DNA of 62,658 nucleotides, taken from contig NW_021831881.1 in NCBI RefSeq assembly GCF_006345805.1, positions 1-62,658 on the forward strand, in the 5' to 3' direction. The notes under the pieces were generated by a model that ran no database searches, was not told the DNA's origin, and was given only the letters and a program-made list of their open reading frames with translations. Position 1 is the stretch's first letter, and each line of letters begins with the position of its first letter. Shown here one piece after another: positions 51,433 to 62,658 of this stretch. This stretch comes from Octopus sinensis (taxonomy: Eukaryota). Position numbers and translations under genes: made by a program.

Positions 51433-53941
51433 CCTGTTTTAACGATTAAATTTTTATTAATCGGTTTCAAATTTCATTTTCTACCCATCATTAATAAACG
51501 TGCCGGAAGTCAGGAAGCAATACTAACAATAGTAAAATGGCGGCTGAGAAGAATATAGTTATGAAATATTAACCTAGATCAGGTCGATTACATGAACATT
51601 TAGAATTTAAATTGTTGGCTGATAGTAATATAAAAACTGCTGATAACGTTTATTGCATCCATTCCGACAAATCGTTGGCATACCATGGATCTAACACATC
51701 GCTTACCTATTTCTTTGCTACCCACAAGGGGCTAAACACAGAGCGGACAAACAAGGACAGACAAACGGATTAAGTCGATTATATCGATCCCAGTGCATAA
51801 CTGGTACTTATTTAATCGACCCAGAAAGGATGAAAGGCAAAGTCGACCTCGGCGGAATTTGAACTCAGAACGTAACGGCAGACGAAATACCTATTTCTTT
51901 ACTACCCACAAGGGGCTAAACATAGAGGGGACAAACTAGGACAGACAAACGGATTAAGTCGATTACATCGACCCCAGTGCGTAACTGGTACTTATTTAAT
52001 CGACCCCGAAAGGATGAAAGGCAAAGTCGACCTCGGCGGAGTTTGAACTCAGAACGTAGCGGCAGACGAAATACCGTTAAGCATTTCGCCTGGCGTGCTA
52101 ACGTTTCTGCCAGCTCACCGCCTTAACACATCACTAACCACCTTCAAAATAAACACACGCTACAGTATTCGAAACCTTAGCTCGCAAAGTCAGCTACAGT
52201 TATTCAGTCTAGAGCGGCGGTGTTATCTACCTCCAAGCAGACTACTTTGAGTCAGTTTTATCGTCAGTTTGATCATCCGGTGAGTGCTACTGTACAACGT
52301 GACATTAAAATATCTCTTGCAAACTGGATAGTTAATAATGGTAGACCAATATCGATAGTAGAAGATGATGGTCTTCCACAAGTATTTCGTACAGCGCTTC
52401 AACATATCGAATATAAATTACCTCGCCGGCGCATTATTGATAGAATGTTGGCTTGATATTTATAACAGATATTTATAACAGAGAAAGTGTTAAAGAAGCA
52501 GTGAAAACTTCAAATGCAATTGCACTAACATCTGATTTTTGGACATCCCTTGATAATCTTACAGCGGAATAACCGGCCGTTGGATTGCTGGTGACAGGAA
52601 TTAAATAAGTGCAATTCTTGAATGTGTGCATGTCGTTGAACGTCACTATTCTAACAATTTATCTGAGATATAACAAAGGAGATTCAGGTTCTAGTAACAG
52701 ACAATGCACGAGATTTGGTTTTAATCAAACTGGTTTTGCTCATATTCTGTGTTTGGCTGATAGCCTGCAGTTGAGCCTATTGCTTGGATTTAAAGCCGCA
52801 GGTACAGAAACATTGTTTCTTAAATGTCGAAAAATCATGGGACATTTTAAACAGAGCCCTATCCACACGAATGAATTGTAGAACAGTAGTGATTTGCATT
52901 GCGTAAGTTACAGCAAGATGTTCCAACAAGATGGGACGGTATTTTTCTAATGCTGCAGAGTCTGCTGCAGGCTAGAGAAGCAATAACCATCTACATGTCA
53001 GACGAAGAGAAGCAATATAAAGGGCCCAAAACTGTTCGATTCTGACTGGGAAAAGATTTATAAATATATCAACGTTTTAGACTTATTCTGTCAGGCTACG
53101 GTCCTACTTGCCGTGAAGCTGTGTATTGCCACTATTATTGTCTTTGACAAAGTACATGACTGTAAATGATGATGATCCATGTTTGTTATATAGTCAAATT
53201 CAAGGCAGTATCTGTTAGTGACTTCGGCAAACGTGCAGCTGACATGAAAAGTATTGAGATATTACAGATTGCAACAGCACTTGATCCATGATATAAAAAC
53301 TTGAAGTGTTTATCAGACGATTCAAAAGAATAAACTTGGTTATTTATTAGACAACATATAGCAGTTGATGTTAATGATGATCGGTTGAAGACTAATGCAA
53401 AAGATGATACTGAGAATGTCACTAAATCTATATGCGAACCTACTAAAAAGCGTATTAAACTCATGGACTCTGACTGAGAATTAGAAGAGGTGTCGAAACC
53501 GCTTCTGATGAAATACAGCGATACAAAATGGAGAAAAAAGTTGCTGAGTCAGCTGATCCACTACAATGGTGGAAACTTAATGAAAATCGATATCCGAAAT
53601 TGGCATTTTTTGACAAAACTGTTCGATGCACACCAGCTACCCCGGTTTCGTGTGAACGATTATTTAGCTCTGCTGGTTACATTGTTAACAAGACAAGCTC
53701 AACACTTGAACCAAATACAGTTAACATGCTTGTGTATTTGCGTAACTGGTTGTGCAATAACACATTGAGGGAGAAAACTCAAATGATTTCTTGTTTTTAA
53801 CTGAATTTTAACTGAAATATCAAAAATTATCAATAAATGTATCCGTAGACATTTTTGTGTTTTAATCGAAAGTAATTATTAATTAATCGTACATTTCTCA
53901 AATGTTAATTATTATATTGAAATTAATCGTTACCAGCCCTA
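51433..53941 (+). mobile_element. Decayed hAT (Ac/ZBED1-like) DNA transposon
   Basis: Split BED finger VYCIHSDKSLAYHGSNTS / NHLQNKH; GRPISIVEDDG; ALTSDFWTS; CLADSLQL; QDVPTRWDG; WWK...YPKLA...PATPVSCERLFSSAG dimerisation domain; 3' terminus TTAATCGTTACCAGCCCTA with TTAATCG subterminal repeats. Confidence 0.9.
51704..52123 (-). mobile_element. SINE family B dimer inserted in the hAT BED finger, with target-site duplication
   Basis: TAACACATC(G/A)CT at 51692-51703 and 52124-52135. Confidence 0.9.
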
Positions 53942-53944
53942 ATA

Positions 53945-54015
<71 letters not shown>

Positions 54016-54314
54016 GTGTGTGTGTGTGTGTGTTCAGTAAAAATTTAGATTCAGTTGGATATGGTACTTAAGTTAAAGAAACCAGAATTTGCTATGGTAT
54101 TATCCATATAATTCAAAATGGGGAGATTATAATCAAAATAAGCAACAAGGATATCCAGAGGTAATGCAGTACGATCGTTTCATGCGACTCCATTTAACTG
54201 AACAATGCAAATATTACATCAGTTTTAAAATATAGAGCAATCTTCAACTGCGCAAAAATATAGAATTTAGTTAAATTCAAAGGATTCAAATAACTATACA
54301 AATGAATCCTTTGA

Positions 54315-54395
54315 AACACGCATCCCGTCCGGGATTCGAACTCACAGCCTCACAATCATAAGCTCGACGCTCTAACCAATGAGCCATGTGCCTTC
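54315..54395 (-). mobile_element. Isolated tRNA-like SINE head (same family as 61270)
   Basis: GGCACATGGCTCATTGGTTAGAGC...GAGTTCGAATCCCGGAC. Confidence 0.65.
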
Positions 54396-54882
54396 ACACA
54401 TACACACACACGCGCACACACACACGAATATATACATTTGTATGTTTGTGTATATATATATGTATGTTTGTGTGTGTGCGCGTTTGTGTGTATACACACA
54501 CATGCACAATATATATATATATATATATATATGAAAATGTATTTACGTACATTAACTCATAATTAAACATATGAATTCCGAGTTTGATAAATGTTTACAA
54601 CTTAATCCGTCTCTCGCATTAATACCTTTCCTATTAATATTATGTTAGCATAAGTTTTGGCAAAATATAAATGAGCCGTGAAAATTTACCAAGTACATAC
54701 AAACATTCCAATCACACACACACATATGCTTGCATATATGTGTGTGTATATATATATATATATATATAAATTTATATATATATACATATATATGTGTGTG
54801 TATACACAAACACATATATATGTTGCTTATTTTGATTATATATATATATATAACATATATGTATCCATACGTATATAAATAC

Positions 54883-54921
<39 letters not shown>

Positions 54922-55244
54922 AATCGAAAGTAGCAGAAGTAGTCAAATAGATTGTATCCTTCGAAGTCTTGTATTTACGCAAAATTTGAGGTACTTTAGT
55001 ACAAAATAATAGCGTTCAAATTGGAATATATCTTCGCATATATACATACTAACACAGACCTACCTAGTTACATACACGTATGAGAATACATATATACAAT
55101 CATCTAGATATAGTTATATAAAATCCCTATATTTTTCTGCAATTTCTTGAAGGAGTCTCTATCTATCCCAGAGGAAGCTGATACATACGTGTGTGTGTGC
55201 GTACATTTCAAATATGATTGCAAGTTTTCAGCGTATATTTATTA

Positions 55245-55405
55245 CTTCATTACCCACAGGAGTCTAAATATAGAGGGGAAAAACAAGGACAAAGGGATTT
55301 AGTCGATTACATTAATCCTAGTGGTACTTATTGAATCGACTCCGAATGGATGAATGGCAAAGTTGACCTCGGCGGAATTTAAACTCAGAACGCAACGGTA
55401 GACGA
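55245..55405 (-). mobile_element. SINE family B body, diverged
   Basis: GGATGAATGGCAAAGTTGACCTCGGCGG. Confidence 0.75.
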
Positions 55406-55619
55406 CATATATATATATATATAAGTAGTTGAATGAATTATATTAGTATGGATAATTCGGTTAACCGATACCTGGGTAGCAAATTCACGTCAGAAAAACA
55501 CGGTTGAAGCTACATGCCAAGGGCAGAGATCACGTGCTTTCGTGTGGAAATTTGTGTGTTTTTTTAATACAAATAAATGAAAGAATGGAGTTGAACGACG
55601 ATTTAACAAAATTCCTTTA

Positions 55620-55702
55620 TTCTCGACATATGTTTCGAAGGCTGCATATTCCTAATTTCGAAGGAATAAGGGGTGCATTATGCCGCCTTCTCATCAGGAA
55701 AA
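55620..55702 (-). ncRNA. Type I hammerhead ribozyme motif with intact core and long stem II
   Basis: uuuuc-CUGAUGA-GAAGGCGGCAUA...UAUGCAGCCUUC-GAAAC-AUAU-GUC-gagaa. Confidence 0.75.
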
Positions 55703-55933
55703 ACAAGGAACTTATGTCAGCATCAAGATGCAGCTCATACACTCCTCTCTATACACTTTCTGCAACTTTGCGTTGGGCTCTGAGCAGGTATCGCCACGAC
55801 AACTTTCTCTGTCATGGTCAATGCGACGATCACACGCTACATACCATCCAAGCACTGCTGTAGACAACGGATGTGAGCTAGAACCTGTCGTTGAAAGTTG
55901 TCGAGAAAGGTACACACACACACACACACACAC

Positions 55934-55979
<46 letters not shown>

Positions 55980-56354
55980 AACTCATATCCTCGTGCATGC
56001 TCATGAAGATTTCCTTCACTAAAGTACTACTGAGTCTAATAAACTTATGCATCATATAAAAAAAAAAACTCGAGTTACTTTTTTTTGTGCTTCGTGTGTG
56101 TGTGTGTGTATGTGTGTAAATATACAGGATGTTTCCATCGTTTGCTACTTAAACGTCTCTATTAATAAAAATGCAAAAAAAAAAATCTCACTTTTTGGAA
56201 AAACGAGGAAGCAAATGACTCTGTTTTTCAACGGTGTGTGAATCATCAACATACACACGCGCGTACACACACATAGTGACAAAGAGAGAGACAGAGAGAG
56301 AGAGAGAGAGACGAAGAGGTATATTCACTACACACACACGCGCACACACACGCG

Positions 56355-56389
<35 letters not shown>

Positions 56390-56478
56390 GTATATGTTTA
56401 TATAATATATATGTCTATATATGTATATATATATATGTATATATTATACATATATATATATATATAAATATATATGTC

Positions 56479-56532
<54 letters not shown>

Positions 56533-56571
56533 TACATCTATACATATAGACATATATAGAGAGAGATAGAT

Positions 56572-56615
<44 letters not shown>

Positions 56616-57009
56616 ATATATGTATATATACCACACACATACACGCACACACACGCACATACACACATACACACATACATTCATGCAAGCTTATATACCT
56701 CCATGTACAGTATGTGATGAGAAGGGCGAAGTCTAGAAACAGAAACAGCTTAAATTCTTATATATCTCTCATATTTTTTCACTTCAGTCGACAGATTTAG
56801 TGCCTTTCCACTACATCTAAAGACGTTCTGAAGTTCTTGACTACATTCAAAGAACTATCGTATCACCATTAGCTCCGCTCTACGCTCTTCAGGCGGGATG
56901 TCCGAAATAATTTCAGCATTCCACGACTTTGCTCATTTCTTTATATGTTTTACGTACGATGGGAGTTCTGTATGAATGCAATTTTAATTGTTGTAAAGTC
57001 AATTGACAC

Positions 57010-57063
57010 CGCTACTGACTGCTAGCAGTACTAGCACTACGGCTACTACTACTACTGATGCAG

Positions 57064-57128
<65 letters not shown>

Positions 57129-57226
57129 ACTACTACTACTACTACTACTACCACCGCCATCACAGCCACATCCTTGAGTAGCGCTGCCGAGGCCAAAGAC
57201 ATCACCATAACCACCACCATCAACAT

Positions 57227-57282
<56 letters not shown>

Positions 57283-57332
57283 ATAATAATAATAATAATG
57301 ATAATAATAACAACAACAACAACAACAACAAC

Positions 57333-57365
<33 letters not shown>

Positions 57366-57498
57366 ATAACCACAACCACAGACGCTACCACAAACACCAC
57401 AACCAACGCTGCCGCCACCTTCATTGCTAGCACCAGCATCATCTCCTCCTCCTCCCCCTCCCCCTCCTCCTCCTCCTCCTACTACTACTACAACCACC

Positions 57499-57536
<38 letters not shown>

Positions 57537-57540
57537 CTGC
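57010..57540. repeat. Compound trinucleotide tract (CTA/GCT/AAT/CAA/CTC/CAC)
   Basis: Directly visible. Confidence 0.95.
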
Positions 57541-57720
57541 TGCTATTTTGGAAGTTTTGGTATCATATCATTTTGAAAAGAAATATGATTCTAGCGTATT
57601 GCAGTTTACTATCAGTTATTTATTTCACTACATGTGTTTTCAATGAATTATAATTACGAAATTGTAACAGAAGAATTAAATGACGTAATTTACTCGCAAA
57701 TATATTTAAAATATTTAGAG

Positions 57721-57772
<52 letters not shown>

Positions 57773-57773
<1 letters not shown>

Positions 57774-58170
57774 GGAGTTTGAATTCCACCGAGGTCGACT
57801 TTGCCTTTCATACTTTCGGGGTCGATAAAAGAAGTACCAGTTACGCACTGGTGTCGCTGTAATCGACTCAATCCCTTCCCCCAAATTTGAGGCTTTGCGC
57901 TTCCTATAAAAATTAATATCATTATTAAGGAGTTCAAATTCCGCCGAGGTCGACTTTGCCTTTCATCCTTTCGGGGTCGATAAATTAAGTACCAGTTGCG
58001 TACTGGTTCGATCTAATCGATTGGCTCCCTCCCCAAAAATTTCAGGCATTGTGCATATAATAGAAAGGATTATCATTATTATTAACGAGTTCAAATTCCA
58101 CCGAGGTCGATTTGCCTTTCATTCTTTCAGTATCAATTAATGAAGTACCAGTGAAACACTGGAGTCGATA
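57773..58170 (+). mobile_element. Three tandem 5'-truncated SINE family B variants separated by (ATT)n
   Basis: GAGTTCAAATTCC...GTCGACTTTGCCTTTCAT-like motif three times. Confidence 0.8.
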
Positions 58171-58231
58171 TGATAAATTTCACGCCTTGTGTCTTTAGTA
58201 GATAGGATTATTATTATGGGAAGATTTTCTT

Positions 58232-59025
58232 CTGTAGTATACTCTCTTTTACATGTTTCAGTCATTTGACTGCGGCCATACTGGAGCACCGCTTGTAGCC
58301 GAGCAAATCGACCCCACAACTTATTCTTTGTAAGCCTAGTAATTATTTTATCGGTCTCTTTTGCCGAACCGCTATGGTACGGGATCTTAAACACACCAAC
58401 ATCATTTCTCAAGCGATATTGGGGGGACAAACGCAGATACACAAACATACACACATATATGTATATACATATATATATATATTATATATATATTAAAAAA
58501 GGAGATGTGGAACACGAGTTGTGATATATAAAAAGGAAATGAAGAAAATGCTGACAAAATAATTTAAGTAATTTAAGTAATTTAATTAAGTGAAGTTCTT
58601 TTTACCGGTTGCGCATTTGTGATTATCAAATATAATTTTAAAGAGAGATTAGAGTTCCTTTCTGATAGATTTTTTCTTATCTGATAAGAGGAAAAAATCT
58701 ATCATTAAAGGAACTCAATCTCTCTTTTAAAAGATATATTTTGATAAGCATAACAAATGCGCAACCGGTAAAAAGAACTTTCACTTAATTAAATTACTTA
58801 AATTACTTAATTTTTTGTCAGCATTTTTTCTTCATTTCCTTTATATATATATATATATATACGACAGGCTTCTTTCAGTTTCCGTCTACCAAATCCACTC
58901 ACAAGGCTTCGGTCGGCCCGAGGCTATAGTAGAAGACATTTGCCCAAGGTGCCATGCAGTGGGACTGAACCCGGAACCATGTGGTTGGTAAGCAAGCTAC
59001 TTACCACACAGCCACTCCCACGCCT
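58232..59025 (-). mobile_element. SINE family A interrupted within its internal microsatellite
   Basis: Halves at 58232-58495 and 58850-59025. Confidence 0.85.
58524..58848. repeat. ~325-bp spacer-less palindrome centred at 58682
   Basis: Arms are reverse complements with scattered indels; centre TCTTATC-T-GATAAGA. Confidence 0.9.
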
Positions 59026-60094
59026 GCTACACACGATCGTTTACAATTTCTAGCAAGACATTTTATGCTTTCGTTTGCGATAGTTGTACAGAATATCCTC
59101 GAGGTACAGGAAGTATATATGGTCAAAGACAACACGACACATTGCCTTTGAAGATTCTTTTGGAAACCTTACTAAATATTCTCCAATTTTCTCTTTTGTA
59201 TTAGAATTCACTTTGTTCATTTGACCTTTAATATTATCTAACAGTAAATAAATTTAATTTGCTAAAGAATATAACTATCAAAACTATATGATAGTAAAAT
59301 GTTGCTTCCTTTGATCTCTATCTTAAGAGCAAATTGTTGACATATTGTGCAAAAGCCTTTAGGTTCATGATTTTTTTAAAAATATAACAATGTAAGTCAT
59401 TGTAATAGGACCAACTTTAGAACAGCGGAAAAATGCGTTGTGGTATTTACTACGGCCTTCTACGTTTCTGTGTTCAAATCTTGTCCAAGTCGTTTTTTCC
59501 TTTCACCCTTTCGGGGTCGAAAAACTTAAGACATGTGGCAATTACTAAGACTGATTTAATCATCTTAGTCTTATTCCCACCCAGGTTACTGATCTTGTAC
59601 TTATATCAGAAACAGTATTATAACTTCTACATAAAAATATATTTTAATATAGATACCTTTTCATATAGAATATAACGGTTTATGACTAACTTTGCAATCA
59701 GATGCGTTGATTAAGAAAGAACAATATACATAAGATCAGCAAAACGGAGAATCCCTAAAGAAATGTCCATTAAAGTAAGTGAGACAGCGGCTGTCTTTAA
59801 ATTTCTATGAGATGACAAAAAGTATCTTTATTAATACATAGTCGAACACAGATAATTTAAATTCCAAATATAATTTAAAACCCCAATCAGTCGATGGGGT
59901 TGAGCAAAGATGGTACTCTAACAGTCTACAAATTTCAACAAAGTACACAAACACTAACTTTATCAATAAATAACAATGTGAAACACGACTTTCGTTCTTT
60001 TGTAGCAATTGCTATTTCCTATTTGGTTATCGCTAGAAAGTATGAAAGATGGCTAACTTTTCATTTTCTTTTGTTACAGTTTTTCAAATTCTTT

Positions 60095-60495
60095 TACTCT
60101 TTTATTCTTTTACTTGTTTCAGTCATTTGATTGTGGCCATGCTGGAGCACAACCTTTAGTCGAGCAAATAGACTCGAGGACTTATTCTTTGTAAGCCTAG
60201 TACTTATTCTATCGGTCTCTTTTGCTGAACCACTAAGTTACGGGGTTGTAAACACACAAGCGATGTTGGGGGACAAACACAGATACACAAACATATACAC
60301 ATACATACACATATATATATACATATATATAAGGCGGGCTTCTTTCAGTTTCCGTCTACCAAATCCACTCACAAGGCTTTGGTTGGCTCGAGGTTATCGT
60401 AAAAGACACTTGCCCAAGGTGCCATGCAGTTGGACTGAACCCGGAACCATGTGGTTCGAAAGTAAGCTACTTACCACACAGCCACTCATACGCCT
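60095..60495 (-). mobile_element. SINE family A
   Basis: Consensus match. Confidence 0.85.
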
Positions 60496-61269
60496 AAATA
60501 ATCCCTTAACACATAGCTATGATGCTCCTCCACTACTCATGGTCAGAGGTACACATATTGTCAGCCTCTAAGGGACATGCTCAAGTGGTTACGGTCAAGC
60601 AACTGGCAAGCAAATCTGTGGTATTAAGCAGAATATTTGCTATAACGATATTTCTGCCTCAGCAACTCAGTGCTGAATCTCTCTGAAATGTAATGGAAAA
60701 TAAGCTAGGTTCAAAACATTGATATCCAAGTTACAAAAACAAACTTTCAAGGGAATAGTAGTCATTTCCTTTATTTCTAGATAGAAAGAAGTAGAAAATA
60801 TCACATTCTGACTAAAGGCAAAAAAGAGTAATAATTTTCTAACATAGTGTAATCGAGCGAAGATAATTTAAAATCCCAAGGGCGAATCACATCAGTCGAT
60901 GGAGCTGACCGAAGGTGGTACTAGTCTTCTTTACATTTCTATAAAATAGACAAGCTGTAACTTCTCCAATGAATAATCGAACAATGATAATTTAAAACCC
61001 TAATGTATAAGGGCGAATCACATCAGTCGATGGGGTTGAGCAAAGATGGTAACATAATTCCGTCATCTTTAATGTAGCAACGATTTCCGCTTTGTGAATA
61101 CATTGCACATTTATGAGAGAGTTAATCAAATATAAACACAGGAATTTCAAGAAAGTGACAAGAATCAAGTTAAAATTTAAGAGCTCTCGAGAAATAGAAA
61201 TGGATAATGTTTCAGGGATTGTCCTAAAAAGACAATTAATTTCAGTAACATACACGCTATTGCAGGTCA

Positions 61270-61612
61270 GTGAAGGCGCATGGCTTAGTGGTTAGAGCGT
61301 AGAGCGTACGATTGTGAGGTTGTGAGTTCGATTCCCGGACCGGGCTGCGTGTTGTGTTGTGTTCTTGCGCAAGACACTTTATTTCGCGTTGCTCCAGTTC
61401 ACTCAGCAGTAGAAATGAGTTGCGACATCACTGGTGCCAAGCTGTATCGGCCCCTTTGCCTTTCCCTTGGAGGACATCAGTGGTGTGGAGAGAGGAGGCT
61501 GGTACGCATGGGCGACTGCTGACCTTCCATAAATAACCTTGCCCGGACTTGTGCCTCGGAGGGTAACTTTCTAGGTGCAATCCCATGGTCATTCATGACC
61601 GCAGGGGGTCTC
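61270..61612 (+). mobile_element. tRNA-derived SINE (V-SINE-like body)
   Basis: GGCGCATGGCTTAGTGGTTAGAGC...GAGTTCGATTCCCGG head; CAAGACACTTTATTTC.CGTTGCTCCAGTTCACTCAGC body. Confidence 0.8.
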
Positions 61613-61804
61613 CTCTTCCTCCTCATTGCAGGGTGTTTTATGACTGAATGTTTAAGGAGTTTCCGTTGCAATCAAAAGGTCCCAAGTTCGTTCCCATCGC
61701 ATGCCATTTTACACAAACGTCATTTTGTACAGCGCACAATCATCTTTAACACGTTTCGTGTCATATATTCCTTCACCACTTTTTACATACCATAAATATT
61801 AGTT

Positions 61805-61943
61805 TCAAATTTTGGTACAAGGCCAGCAACTTCAGAGGAAATTTTCCGAAAGGGTGACACACATATTTGACCTCGGAGGAAACTGAACTCAGAACGTAAA
61901 GAGAGAGGAAATGCTGCTAAAGATTCTGGCAGCTCGCCGCCTT
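61805..61943 (-). mobile_element. SINE family B, diverged
   Basis: GCAGCTCGCCGCC head remnant and TGAACTCAGAACGTAA. Confidence 0.65.
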
Positions 61944-62358
61944 AAATCGATCAATATGAGTGAAACTGGGTCGACAGACACTGTTTACAAGCTGGTCGGA
62001 TGGTCTGTCCATCTGATTCAAGAAGTGCAAGCTTGTTACACACTTGAGAACCACGTGACACACTGAGTCACTCACACGGTAATTCAAGAGCAAGTAATAT
62101 AATTCATCAACCAAATGAATACTCAGAGTCGAAGCTACTGAAATCCACCGGACAAAAATGCTTAGTGACTTTTCTTCCGCCTTTTTTCTTCTTTACCTTC
62201 TGAGTTCAAATCCACTCGAAGACATTTTCACTTTCTCATAATTTTCAGTATCAACAAATTAAGTTCCGGATGATCCCTGTGATCAGTATATCGATATCCT
62301 TGTTCTCTTAAAACTGCTGCTATGGGCGCCCAAGCTAGAAAGATATCGCTGTTGTTAA

Positions 62359-62658
62359 GGCGGCGAGCTGGCAGAGTCATTAGCACTCCAGGCGAAACGC
62401 TTAGCGGTATTTCGTATGCCGCTACGTTCTGAGTTAAAATTCCGCCGAGGTCGACTTTGCCTTTCATCCTTTCGGGGTCGATTGTATAAGTACCAGTTAC
62501 GCACTGGGGTCGATATATATCGACTTAATCCGTTTATCTGTCCTTGTTTGTCCTCTCTGTGTTTAGCCCCTTTTGGGTAGTAAAGAAATAGGTATTTAGT
62601 CTGCCGTTACGTTCTGAGTTCAAATTCCGCCGAGGTCGACTTTGCCTTTCATTCTTTC
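62359..62658 (+). mobile_element. SINE family B multimer running off the window end
   Basis: Head, body, then AAATAGGTATTT junction into a second body. Confidence 0.9.

Noticed and set aside
61270-61350. tRNA-like sequences (also 54315-54395, 50340-50418, 7370-7445)
   Set aside because: A/B boxes are present but no complete cloverleaf, and they run into SINE bodies

Overview
AT-rich, microsatellite-laden metazoan genomic DNA, most likely an octopod cephalopod (inferred from the tRNA-derived SINE families and repeat landscape, not from a database search). There is no intact long protein-coding gene. Nearly all ORFs in the supplied track are translations of (TA)n, (CA)n, (TACA)n, (GGT)n or (AAAAT)n tracts, or of SINEs. 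Recognisable content: (1) dozens of copies of three or four SINE families; (2) decayed coding fragments of an RTE LINE (3.6-4.0 kb), a CR1/L2-group LINE (19.6-19.9 kb), Penelope-like elements (24.4-25.2 kb, 37.2-38.5 kb), a Helitron helicase with an intact 3' hairpin/CTAG end (42.0-43.1 kb), a hAT/ZBED1-like transposase (51.4-53.9 kb) and mariner derivatives; (3) a possible chain of phase-compatible micro-exons at 4.8-8.4 kb. The most interesting signal is a set of about eight type I hammerhead-ribozyme motifs from several unrelated sequence families. Two lie in a head-to-tail ~475-bp tandem unit resembling a non-LTR retrozyme, two in a ~750-bp inverted structure, and one downstream of a tRNA-like Pol III head in a Penelope terminal repeat. 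All structures were folded by eye, and repeat boundaries are approximate (about +/-10-20 bp).
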